Shown: in pieces, positions 29,666-38,180 of the stretch
Position numbering within the stretch: position 1 is the first letter of the stretch
Layout: every line of letters starts with the position of its first letter
Source of the DNA: Candidatus Omnitrophota bacterium
GTDB lineage: Bacteria; Omnitrophota; Gorgyraeia; Gygaellales; JAQTUX01
Direction: 5' to 3'
Assembly (NCBI GenBank): GCA_028707125.1
Contig: JAQTUX010000001.1
Coordinates: forward strand, 205,639-269,638
Length of the DNA stretch: 64,000 bases
Made by a program: the position numbers and the translations under genes
Notes under the pieces: model-generated
Databases searched by the model: none
Seen by the model: the letters and a program-made list of their open reading frames with translations, nothing else
What the model was told of the DNA's origin: nothing

Positions 29666-30564
29666 ACATAGAGCAGAAGATACAGAAACTTAAAAAACAG
29701 CGCAATGCCGTCATACTGGCGCATAATTATCAATTGCCGGAAGTGCAGGATGTTGCCGACTTTCACGGCGATTCACTTGAGTTAAGCAGGATCGCGGCCA
29801 GGACCGAAGCCAAAGTAGTTATTTTCTGCGGGGTGCATTTTATGGCGGAGACCGCCTCGATCCTCTGCCCCGATAAGAAGGTCATCGTGCCTGACGTGCA
29901 GGCCGGCTGCCCCATGGCCAATATGATCACAACGGCCGACCTGAAAAAACTTAAGGATAAGCATCCTGAAGCGGTAGTTGTGGGGTATGTAAACACCTCG
30001 GCAGAGGTAAAGGCGGAGCTGGATATCTGCTGCACCTCTACGAACGCGGCGAGCGTAGTCAATCGCCTGAAAGACAAAAAAGAGATCATATTCGTGCCTG
30101 ATAAGTATCTGGCTGATTTTGTCTCTAAAAAGACAGGCAGGAAACTCATCCCCTGGAGTGGTTATTGCCCCACACATGTCAAGATACTGCCGGAGGACAT
30201 TTTAAGGGAGAAGCGGTTCCATCCCGGAGCGAAGGTCCTGGTCCACCCCGAATGCACGCCCGAAGTGATAGAATTGGCTGATGAGGCGCTTTCCACGGGC
30301 CAGATGTGCAAATACGCCAAGGAAAGCAATGCGGATGAGATGATCATAGGCACAGAGGTCGGGCTGATTTACCGGCTGAAAACAGATAATCCGGACAAAG
30401 GGTTCTATCCTGCTTCTGAGAAGGCGGTCTGCCCCAATATGAAGCGCACCACCATTGAAAAGGTACTCTGGGCGCTGGAGGAGTTGAGGGAGGAGGTGTA
30501 CGTGCCTGAGCGTATAAGGAAACCCGCGCTTAAGGCAATAGAGGCAATGCTGGCAATAGCATAG
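29662..30564 (+). CDS. nadA: Quinolinate synthase A
   Basis: About 300 aa with the three-Cys [4Fe-4S] pattern and a typical N-terminus (KKQRNAVILAHNYQ). Confidence 0.85.
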   Translation: MNIEQKIQKLKKQRNAVILAHNYQLPEVQDVADFHGDSLELSRIAARTEAKVVIFCGVHFMAETASILCPDKKVIVPDVQAGCPMANMITTADLKKLKDKHPEAVVVGYVNTSAEVKAELDICCTSTNAASVVNRLKDKKEIIFVPDKYLADFVSKKTGRKLIPWSGYCPTHVKILPEDILREKRFHPGAKVLVHPECTPEVIELADEALSTGQMCKYAKESNADEMIIGTEVGLIYRLKTDNPDKGFYPASEKAVCPNMKRTTIEKVLWALEELREEVYVPERIRKPALKAIEAMLAIA

Positions 30565-30573
30565 GCGCTGCCC

Positions 30574-30602
30574 TTGACAGAAGCCCATTTATAGGGTATA
30601 CT
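30574..30602 (+). promoter_or_regulatory. Sigma-70-like promoter preceding the riboswitch candidate
   Basis: TTGACA at 30574-30579, a 17-nt spacer, then TATACT at 30597-30602. Confidence 0.5.
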
Positions 30603-30635
30603 TATACTGACAATTAGGGTAGTGTAGGTTGAGGT

Positions 30636-30722
30636 TTTTCAGCCGATAAAGGCAAACCCGCAGGAATGCGGGGGCGCAAAGTTAGCGGCCCGGAACGGGC
30701 GGCGCGACTACCGAAGATGGAA
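30636..30722 (+). ncRNA. c-di-GMP-I (GEMM) riboswitch aptamer candidate
   Basis: The sequence aaaGGCAAACCcgcaGGAAtgcgGGGGCGCAAAGttagcggcccgGAAcgggcggcgcgacUACCGAAGAUGG matches the GEMM-I core segment by segment. The segments are GGCAAACC, a tetraloop hairpin, GGGRCGCAAAGC, a second tetraloop hairpin, and a closing ACCGAnGG. Confidence 0.6.
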
Positions 30723-30736
30723 AACTTTTTTATTTC

Positions 30737-30772
30737 CCGTATTCGGCATTATGGCTGGATACGGGATTTTTT
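30737..30772 (+). terminator. Intrinsic-terminator-like hairpin (putative riboswitch expression platform)
   Basis: CCCGTAT...ATACGGG 7-bp stem followed by ATTTTTTA. It lies 17 nt upstream of the ATG at 30789. Confidence 0.45.
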
Positions 30773-30788
30773 ATAGGAGGGCAAGAAA

Positions 30789-32471
30789 ATGAAGATCGGA
30801 TCTGATCGGAAAAAATATACCGCGTGTATTATTGCGTTTATTTTTGCATGCGAGGCAGTTTTTTCACCCAGTGTATCTGCCGCGGAAGACGAGGCGGACA
30901 ACATCTGGGAGCCGGCGTATGCCTATAATTGCCAGATCACCTGGCGCAGGGATAGCTGCACAGGCAAGGGATATATGCCTAACCGCGTTACTACCTATGC
31001 CCGGGACGAAGAAACAGGCAGCCGCTATCTTGATAGTTACCGCAGGGTTGATTACAGCTGCGACAGGGAACCGGGGCTGGGTTCAATACTGGTGATCAAC
31101 GGCTACAGCAGGTATTTCAGATTTCCCGACGGCTCGCGCCACACAGAATCATGGGACCAGTCCGGGTGGAGAGAGGCGCACCGTTATGCGGATGGCAGCA
31201 ACGACATCCGCAGCGGGGATGAGCCGCTGGACTGGATCGAGGTATATGCCGAGGATTACCGGGCGCAGACATTCAAAGACCACGTTTATTTCATGGCCAA
31301 AATAATTGCCGAGCAGAACCTGCTCGCCTGTTGTAACACTCCGGGATTCTCTGAACTCTGCCGTAAGGCGGAGGATGTGTTTGACAGGGCAGGGGCTGAT
31401 AGCGTAAAAAGGGCGCTGCACTTACGGGGCGACCTCTTTGAAACAAGGGCCGTATATCCCTGGCTCTGTTATAATTCTGATCCGGCCCGTCCCAATATCA
31501 ACTATACTAAACTCTTTGATTCTGAGGAGAGAATGTACAGGACGCTGGCTGCTCTGGAGTTGCTTTCGGCGGCCCCTGTTGTGGGCGGGGCAGCGGAAAC
31601 AATGGCAGGGCTTATTGAGGCAAGGCAGGGCAATTATAATCGGCTGTTCACGGCTCCGGCGGCATTCATATTCGGCGGCCTGGCTGTCAGGGGAGTATTC
31701 GGCGCCGCGGCGAGGATAGCGGCAATAGCAAGGAATCTGGGCATAATGAAGGCGATAGTCAACAATGTGTTCAGGCCCGTCAAACATTTTGCGGGGAGGT
31801 ATATCGTGTCCCCCATGATCAGAAATGCCGCGCATCTAAGATGGGGCGTTGAATCACTGCGGCAATATTGCTTCAGGATAGAAAACAGAGGGGTCGACGC
31901 GTTCGCGTTGGACAAGATCAATGAGATGAATGAGATCGTAAACGGCCTGGAGGAAGGCATAGCCCGTAAAGTTAACGATATGATGCTGCCTTTCTTTAAA
32001 TTCCTGGATAAGAACGGGCACGAGGTTGTGGATGAGGTCATAGGCGAAAATTCAAGCGCGTCAAGGATCTGGGAGCGGTTTGGAAGGGACGCGGATAATG
32101 TGTTTGATGAGGCAAGGGGCGCCTTTGAGAGGTTCACCGATCTCCTCGCGGCAAACAGCGACGATACGGCAACTGCCGCGCGGATGCTGAACTCCGCGGA
32201 GAGAAGCATCATAGATGAGATGGAAGAGCTGTTTGACGCCATAGACATTGATGATTACGAAAGATTCACGGAGCAGGTAGGCGAGTTAAAAGGGTTGCTT
32301 GACAGGCAGATGCCCATACTGCAGGCCTTAAACAGCGCGGCGACATGGAGCCAGGCGAACAGGTATTTAAGCGCGGGCCGGGCCGAAGCGGCAATGGCTG
32401 AATATATGAGGAATCTCAGGGGGTTCTATATACAACTGGACAACCTGTACAAGGACATTGCAAGCCATTAG
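30789..32471 (+). CDS. Secreted protein of unknown function (signal peptide, possible lipoprotein)
   Basis: The N-terminus MKIGSDRKKYTACIIAFIFACEAVFSPSVSAAED is signal-like. There are no recognisable catalytic motifs. The protein is Cys/Trp/Arg-rich at the N-terminus and a helical Ala-rich region follows. Confidence 0.45.
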   Translation: MKIGSDRKKYTACIIAFIFACEAVFSPSVSAAEDEADNIWEPAYAYNCQITWRRDSCTGKGYMPNRVTTYARDEETGSRYLDSYRRVDYSCDREPGLGSILVINGYSRYFRFPDGSRHTESWDQSGWREAHRYADGSNDIRSGDEPLDWIEVYAEDYRAQTFKDHVYFMAKIIAEQNLLACCNTPGFSELCRKAEDVFDRAGADSVKRALHLRGDLFETRAVYPWLCYNSDPARPNINYTKLFDSEERMYRTLAALELLSAAPVVGGAAETMAGLIEARQGNYNRLFTAPAAFIFGGLAVRGVFGAAARIAAIARNLGIMKAIVNNVFRPVKHFAGRYIVSPMIRNAAHLRWGVESLRQYCFRIENRGVDAFALDKINEMNEIVNGLEEGIARKVNDMMLPFFKFLDKNGHEVVDEVIGENSSASRIWERFGRDADNVFDEARGAFERFTDLLAANSDDTATAARMLNSAERSIIDEMEELFDAIDIDDYERFTEQVGELKGLLDRQMPILQALNSAATWSQANRYLSAGRAEAAMAEYMRNLRGFYIQLDNLYKDIASH

Positions 32472-32510
32472 TTTTTAAAGGCGTAGCCGTGTAATCTCAG
32501 GAGGTGCGTC

Positions 32511-32927
32511 ATGATACATAGTAAGATATTGGAAAGGCTGAAGTTCCTTTCATTCGTGCGCAAGGCGCTGGCGACAGTGGGCATGAGCTGTTTTGCCGAC
32601 GGCAGGTATATCAGGGGGCAGATGATAATCAAGATGAAGGACGGCTGCCTGCTTCGCAGGGAAGACGAGGTCAAATTCAGCTCAGAGCGGCTCAACAGCA
32701 TAAGCAAGAGGTACGCGCTGATAAGTTTAGACCGGCTTTTCGCGGAAGACGCGCAGGGGCTGCTAAGGGGTATCTACCGCCTTAACTTTCAGAGGAAAGA
32801 CCTGGATATGGTCAAGGCGGCGGCAGAGTATGAGAGGGACGAGACCTGTGTATTTGCCGCGCCGAATTTTGTGATCGCGCCGACAGCGCCGGTACCGGCC
32901 ACGGTAGAAAGAAGGAGGGGGCAATGA
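32511..32927 (+). CDS. Small protein of unknown function
   Basis: A GGAGGTG RBS lies 5 nt upstream. The C-terminal segment CVFAAPNFVIAP weakly resembles the end of subtilase propeptides. This is speculative. Confidence 0.35.
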   Translation: MIHSKILERLKFLSFVRKALATVGMSCFADGRYIRGQMIIKMKDGCLLRREDEVKFSSERLNSISKRYALISLDRLFAEDAQGLLRGIYRLNFQRKDLDMVKAAAEYERDETCVFAAPNFVIAPTAPVPATVERRRGQ

Positions 32928-33059
32928 GACGATTACTTAAACCGAAACTTATGTGCAGGTACGCCAGGATAAGCGCGCACAGGGCGAGGAGGAAGATGTC
33001 TGATTTTCTGGGGGATAATTTCCCGGCGATACCTCATATTGGAAAGGGAGAGGCGCGCC

Positions 33060-33383
33060 ATGGAGAAGCGTGAATTCGTACGGCTGAATGTGGAGCTGGA
33101 AGTGGCTTACCGCGTAATCGGGTCAATGAGGGACCTTGCCGGCACGCGTACCGAGGATGCCTCTGAAGGCGGCATACGCGTTATGTTCCCGGAGAAGGTC
33201 CAGCCGGATACGCGCGTGGAGATCAGCATAAAGATCCCCGGAGAAGAGAAGCCGGTTTTCGCGGTCGGCAAAGTGGTATGGGTCAGGCCCGATATATTTG
33301 GCGGCGTGTATATGACCGGCATCCAGTTCGTCCACATAAAGCAGGCCGACAGGCAGCGCCTGTATAAATACGTCGTATTATAA
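33060..33383 (+). CDS. PilZ-domain protein (c-di-GMP receptor-like)
   Basis: An RRxxxR-like N-terminal motif (RRAMEKREFVR) and a D/NxSxGG-like motif (EDASEGGIRV) are spaced as in PilZ domains. The start is taken at the ATG at 33060 behind a GGGAGAGG RBS, because the track start 33039 is TTG. Confidence 0.6.
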   Translation: MEKREFVRLNVELEVAYRVIGSMRDLAGTRTEDASEGGIRVMFPEKVQPDTRVEISIKIPGEEKPVFAVGKVVWVRPDIFGGVYMTGIQFVHIKQADRQRLYKYVVL

Positions 33384-33386
33384 ACT

Positions 33387-33412
33387 TTACATTTGCTTTG
33401 TTTGAGATTATA
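33387..33412 (+). promoter_or_regulatory. Sigma-70-like promoter for the gspE-led operon
   Basis: TTTACA, a 17-nt spacer, then a perfect TATAAT -10. It lies 10 nt upstream of the gspE ATG region. Confidence 0.4.
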
Positions 33413-33422
33413 ATTTATTGCG

Positions 33423-35141
33423 ATGGGAGATAAATCCGCGGTTTTGACGATAGGGCAGCTGTTATTAAAAGAAGGCGCGGTTACCCCTGAGCAGTTGGAC
33501 AGGGCATTGGCCCAGCAGAAAGAGGCAGGCGGGTATCTCTGCGCCAATCTTATAAAACTGGGCTTTGTCTCTGAAGAGCAGATCTTTCCCGTGTTGGCCA
33601 GACAGCTCAAGGTGCCTTACATCCGCCTCAAAGACGCCATTATCCCCCCGGAAGTGATCAAGACCGTGCCGGCGAAGTTTGCTACGCATTACCGGCTTAT
33701 ACCCGTTAAACTTGAGGGCGGCACGCTGTCGCTTGCCATGGCCGACCCTCTGGACGTGCATACCTTAGATGATATGCGGCTTTTTCTGGGCTATGATATT
33801 AAGCCCATGCTTGCCGGCGATACCGATATAGTGGAGGCGATAAGCAGGTATTACGGGGTTGGGGCGGACACACTTGAAGAGATAGTCGCCGGCAGCGAGA
33901 AGATATTCGGCAGGATAGAGAAAGAGGGAAGGGCTGCCGAGGATGTTGAGGTGCAGGCAGAGGACGCCTCAATAGTCAAGTTCGTAAACCAGATACTGGC
34001 TCAGGCCGTTTCCGACAGGGCCACCGATATCCACCTTGAGCCCTATGAGAACGAACTGAAGGTGCGCTTCAGGATAGACGGCATGCTCTATGACGTCAAT
34101 ATCCCCGAGACCATAAGATATTTTCACTCCGCGATCATTTCCCGCATAAAGATCATGGCGCATCTGAACATCGCCGAGCACCGGCTTCCGCAGGACGGCA
34201 GGATAAAGATAAGGGTCAAAGACATAGAGCTTGACCTGCGCGTCTCCATCGTGCCTTCATCCTTCGGGGAGGCGGTGGTCATAAGGATACTCAGCGGCAA
34301 AGAGGTCATGTTCCAGCTGGACAGCCTCGGCTTAAGCAAGGAAGAGTCGGAACTCTTAAGCGGCATAATCAAGAGGCCGCACGGCATAATACTTGTCACC
34401 GGCCCCACGGGAAGCGGAAAGACAACCACCCTTTATGCCTTCCTCTCCGAGCTGAATAAAAAAGAGACCAAGATCATTACGATCGAGGACCCCATAGAAT
34501 ATCAGATAAGCGGCATAATCCAAATGCAGGTCCATCCTAAGATCGGCTTTGATTTTGCCAACGGCTTGAGGTCCATACTGCGCCACGACCCGGATATAAT
34601 AATGGTGGGAGAGATACGCGACTATGAGACCGCCGAGATCGCCATACGTTCCTCCCTGACCGGCCACCTGGTTTTTTCCACGCTTCATACCAATGATGCC
34701 GCGGGCGCGGTAACGCGGCTTCTGGATATGGAGCTGGAGCCGTTCCTGGTCGCCTCTTCCATTGAATGCCTTATTGCCCAGCGCCTGGTCCGCCTTATCT
34801 GCCCGCATTGTAAAAAAGAAGCGCGCCTTTCCGAAGAGGCGGCGCAGATATTGAAGAAAGACATAGATGTTCCCAGGTCGGTATTTTATGCCGGTTCAGG
34901 ATGCGAGAAGTGCAAACACACCGGCTACCAGGGCAGGACCGCTATATATGAGATCCTGGTGATGGATAACGAGGTCAGGGACCTGATATTAAAGCGTTCA
35001 TCCAGCCAGCAGATAAAGCAGGCGGCGATCTCCAAAGGTATGACCACTCTTCGCCAGGCAGGCCTCAGAAAGGCGACGCAGGGGATCACCACCATAGAAG
35101 AGGTGCTGCGCGTAACGCAGAAAGAAGAGATGTTCATTTAG
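33423..35141 (+). CDS. gspE: Type II secretion / type IV pilus assembly ATPase (GspE/PilB family)
   Basis: N-terminal GSPII_E_N-like domain, Walker A GPTGSGKTTT, Asp and His boxes, and the tetra-Cys motif CPHC...CEKC. Confidence 0.9.
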   Translation: MGDKSAVLTIGQLLLKEGAVTPEQLDRALAQQKEAGGYLCANLIKLGFVSEEQIFPVLARQLKVPYIRLKDAIIPPEVIKTVPAKFATHYRLIPVKLEGGTLSLAMADPLDVHTLDDMRLFLGYDIKPMLAGDTDIVEAISRYYGVGADTLEEIVAGSEKIFGRIEKEGRAAEDVEVQAEDASIVKFVNQILAQAVSDRATDIHLEPYENELKVRFRIDGMLYDVNIPETIRYFHSAIISRIKIMAHLNIAEHRLPQDGRIKIRVKDIELDLRVSIVPSSFGEAVVIRILSGKEVMFQLDSLGLSKEESELLSGIIKRPHGIILVTGPTGSGKTTTLYAFLSELNKKETKIITIEDPIEYQISGIIQMQVHPKIGFDFANGLRSILRHDPDIIMVGEIRDYETAEIAIRSSLTGHLVFSTLHTNDAAGAVTRLLDMELEPFLVASSIECLIAQRLVRLICPHCKKEARLSEEAAQILKKDIDVPRSVFYAGSGCEKCKHTGYQGRTAIYEILVMDNEVRDLILKRSSSQQIKQAAISKGMTTLRQAGLRKATQGITTIEEVLRVTQKEEMFI

Positions 35142-35145
35142 CCAT

Positions 35146-36351
35146 ATGCCGTTATTCAATTATAAGGCAAAATCCGCCCCCAATGAATTAAAAACCGGGA
35201 CCATAGAGGCCGAAAGCCAATCCAACGCCGCGTCCAGGCTGCAGGAAATGGGGCTTTATCCCTTGAGCATAGAAGAGGCGGAGGGCCGGCCGCGGGGCAG
35301 GATTTTAAGAAGAAGGAAGATAAGCCGGAGAGATGTTACTGTTTTCACCCGCCAGCTTCACAATCTCCTTGCCTCAGGCCTGACCATACTTTCAGGGCTT
35401 AAGATCCTGCGCGACCAGTCGGAAAACAAGGATATGCAGCGGCTGATAGGCCGGTTGATCGACGACCTGAAAGAAGGGGAGCACTTCTCGCAGGCGCTTT
35501 CAAAACACCCGCAGGCATTTTCCACGTTGTACTGTTCTATCGTGGCGTCAGGCGAAGCAGGCGGATTCATAGACGAGGCGCTTGAGCGCGTAGCCGGATT
35601 TTTGGAGAAAGACCAGGCGGTAAGGTCAAAGATCATTTCCAGTTTGATCTATCCAGCATTGATCGCGATAGTAGGGAGCATCACCGTGTTTGTCCTGCTC
35701 ACCTTTGTCATACCGAAGTTTGTTTCCATGTTTGAAGAATTCGGCGAGACCCTGCCGCTTCCCACGGCAATACTCATAAGCATAAGCGCTTTCTTCAATA
35801 GTTATTACTGGCTTATCGCTTTGCTGGCTGCTATCGCCGTGTTTATTTTTAAGAGGATATACGGCTCTGATGAGGGGCGCCTGGCCATAGACAGTTTTAA
35901 GTTGAGGGCGCCCTTTTTCGGTAATTTCAACACCAAAGCGAGCATAGCGGATTTTACCCGGACGCTCTCAGCCCTGACAGGAGGCGGGGTATCTATACTT
36001 TCCGCCCTGGAAATAGCGCAGAACTCCGCGGGCAACGCGTTATTGAAACAGGAGATAGCGGCCTTCCGGGAAAAGATAAGGGAAGGCGGCAAGCTTTCTT
36101 CCTGTATCGCTGCCTCTGCCCATTTCCCCACCTATGTTTCAAATATCGTAGCTGTCGGGGAGGAGACCGGCACTATGGATAAGTCGCTGGAACGCATAGC
36201 GCGCACATACGAAGATGAGGTGGACCAGGTCACCAAGGCGATGCTTACCGGCCTTGAGCCGGCAATGATACTGATAATGGGCTCTGTCGTGGGGTTTATC
36301 GTGATCGCCATGCTTTTGCCGATATTTCAGATAAATTTTATGGCTCAGTGA
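35146..36351 (+). CDS. gspF: Type II secretion / type IV pilus inner-membrane platform protein (GspF/PilC family)
   Basis: Two tandem GspF domains of about 401 aa with three transmembrane segments. Confidence 0.85.
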   Translation: MPLFNYKAKSAPNELKTGTIEAESQSNAASRLQEMGLYPLSIEEAEGRPRGRILRRRKISRRDVTVFTRQLHNLLASGLTILSGLKILRDQSENKDMQRLIGRLIDDLKEGEHFSQALSKHPQAFSTLYCSIVASGEAGGFIDEALERVAGFLEKDQAVRSKIISSLIYPALIAIVGSITVFVLLTFVIPKFVSMFEEFGETLPLPTAILISISAFFNSYYWLIALLAAIAVFIFKRIYGSDEGRLAIDSFKLRAPFFGNFNTKASIADFTRTLSALTGGGVSILSALEIAQNSAGNALLKQEIAAFREKIREGGKLSSCIAASAHFPTYVSNIVAVGEETGTMDKSLERIARTYEDEVDQVTKAMLTGLEPAMILIMGSVVGFIVIAMLLPIFQINFMAQ

Positions 36352-36368
36352 CAAAAACGGAGGATAGG

Positions 36369-36725
36369 ATGGATCTAAGACGGAAAAACGGCTTTACGCT
36401 CATTGAAATAATGCTGGTTGTCATCATTATCGGCATACTCGCGTCCATAATCGTGCCCAGGTTTGCCGGCCGCTCTGAGCAGGCGCGCAAGGCAGCGGCA
36501 GCGGCCAATATAAAGTCGCTTGCCATCGCGCTGGATATGTACGAACTGGATACCGGAGCGTATCCTAAAACGCTGGCAGAGCTTTCCCCAAAATACCTGA
36601 AAAAACTGCAGAAAGACCCCTGGGACCAGGAATACCATTATGCGCAGAAGGGGACGAACGAATACGAACTGCGTTCCTGCGGCCCTGATAAAAATTGCGG
36701 CGGCCAGGATGACATTACAGAATAA
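36369..36725 (+). CDS. gspG: Type II secretion major pseudopilin GspG
   Basis: Prepilin leader and cleavage/methylation site RRKNGFTLIEIMLVVIIIGILA. The C-terminal motif DPWDQEYHY...CGPD is typical of GspG. The start is taken at the ATG at 36369, because 36348 is GTG. Confidence 0.8.
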   Translation: MDLRRKNGFTLIEIMLVVIIIGILASIIVPRFAGRSEQARKAAAAANIKSLAIALDMYELDTGAYPKTLAELSPKYLKKLQKDPWDQEYHYAQKGTNEYELRSCGPDKNCGGQDDITE

Positions 36726-37191
36726 GGCGTTCACCCTTCTTGAGCTTATTATCGTCATAGTCATCCTCGGGATCATCTTCTCCATTTCCACTCCCAGGTT
36801 CCGCGCCACGTATACAACCATACAACTCAGGAATACAGCTCAGGGAGTAATAAACTTAAGCCGCCTCATACGGCAGCAGGCCATACTTAAGCGGGCCGTC
36901 TATAAGATAGAGTTTAAGCAGATGCCCGCGGACAGCAACGATAAATCCTATTTCTCCGTTTTCCATAAGGACGGCTCAAGCGGTGAGTTTATAGCAGATA
37001 CGGATCGCCTGGCGAAGGTTGAAACGCCTAAGGGCATAAAAATCGAGATGAGCAAGCCCGCGCAGTTTTATAGCGACGGCACAATGGACATGGGTGGAAC
37101 AGAGATATATCTAAAGAGCGATGTTAAAAAGATCACGCTTAAACCTTCAAATACAAATGGTTTCTTTCTTCTTTCGGAAGATCCGCTATAG
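36709..37191 (+). CDS. Minor pseudopilin (GspH-like), prepilin-type N-terminal cleavage/methylation domain
   Basis: MTLQNKAFTLLELIIVIVILGIIFSIS. The start is the internal ATG at 36709, overlapping the gspG end. Confidence 0.55.
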   Translation: MTLQNKAFTLLELIIVIVILGIIFSISTPRFRATYTTIQLRNTAQGVINLSRLIRQQAILKRAVYKIEFKQMPADSNDKSYFSVFHKDGSSGEFIADTDRLAKVETPKGIKIEMSKPAQFYSDGTMDMGGTEIYLKSDVKKITLKPSNTNGFFLLSEDPL

Positions 37192-37555
37192 TTCCGGCTT
37201 TTTGCTTCTTGAAGTCGTCTTTGCCGTTGCCATTGTTTCTGTCAGCATAGTTATGGTCCTGAACACATTTTTCGGCGTAAGGCGCGCGATAAGGCAGACA
37301 GAAGATTATTTGCGCGCCGGCATATTATTAAAAGAGAAGATGAGCGAATTTGAGAAGCAGGCGTTAGCCGCGGGGAGCGCGGGCATAGATACCAGGAAAG
37401 AAGAAGGGGGTTTTCCCGAAGCAGAGGGGTTCAAGTGGGAGAGAAATTTTGTCAGAAAACTTCCTGGCCAGCCTGCCCTTGGAGAATTTAATCTCATCGT
37501 CTCCTGGGACGAGGACTCAAAAATAGATGCGCTTACCTGCCTTAAGGCAAAATAA
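37157..37555 (+). CDS. Minor pseudopilin (GspI-like)
   Basis: GFLLLEVVFAVAIVSV prepilin motif. The start is taken at the internal ATG. Confidence 0.45.
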   Translation: MVSFFFRKIRYSSGFLLLEVVFAVAIVSVSIVMVLNTFFGVRRAIRQTEDYLRAGILLKEKMSEFEKQALAAGSAGIDTRKEEGGFPEAEGFKWERNFVRKLPGQPALGEFNLIVSWDEDSKIDALTCLKAK

Positions 37556-38180
37556 GGGTTTTACATTAATCGAGCTGCTTATCGCCTCAAGTTTACTTGT
37601 GGTAATAATCCTCGCGCTCTATACGGGATTTCGCGTGGGCGCGCTTACTCATTCAACTTCGCAGCAGGTCTCCGATGACCTGCAGGGGTTGCGGCTGTTT
37701 TTTGACGGCCTTGAGCGGGATCTAAGGAACTGCGTTGATTACGATAAGGTAACTCCCGATTCAAAATTCAACGGAGGTGATACAAACTTAGGCCTGCTTA
37801 CCACCACGACCAGATTTACCACCGTTGCGGGAGACACCAAAGAGATCAAGACAATGGAAGCGGTTTCTTATGCGTACGGCAACAAAGAGATTTTCAGGGA
37901 GAGCTTACCGTTTTCCGAATTCCTGGCAAAGGGCCATTCAGCGCCCGCTTCAGGCAGTGCCAAAGCCGAAAGGATATGCGGCGGAATAGAGGAATTCAAG
38001 ATAACATACCTTGCCTCGCTTCCTTCCGCGTCTGATCCGGATCCCGCCGAGTTGGATGACTGGGACGCGAAATCAGGCGTACCTGCCGAGGTAAGGATCA
38101 CGCTCGTATTCTCCCGGGGTGTCAGGAAGATCAGGTTCACAAGAAGCATAATCTTGCCTTTAAATTTAAAACTTCTATGA
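37527..38180 (+). CDS. Minor pseudopilin (GspJ-like)
   Basis: KGFTLIELLIASSLLVVIIL prepilin motif and a size of about 217 aa. Confidence 0.5.
   Translation: MRLPALRQNKGFTLIELLIASSLLVVIILALYTGFRVGALTHSTSQQVSDDLQGLRLFFDGLERDLRNCVDYDKVTPDSKFNGGDTNLGLLTTTTRFTTVAGDTKEIKTMEAVSYAYGNKEIFRESLPFSEFLAKGHSAPASGSAKAERICGGIEEFKITYLASLPSASDPDPAELDDWDAKSGVPAEVRITLVFSRGVRKIRFTRSIILPLNLKLL

Noticed and set aside
33039-33059. Track start of the PilZ ORF at 33039 (MERERRA...)
   Set aside because: Position 33039 is TTG. The ATG at 33060 has a GGGAGAGG Shine-Dalgarno at appropriate spacing. The same correction was applied at 26359, 28580, 36348, 40645 and 58851.
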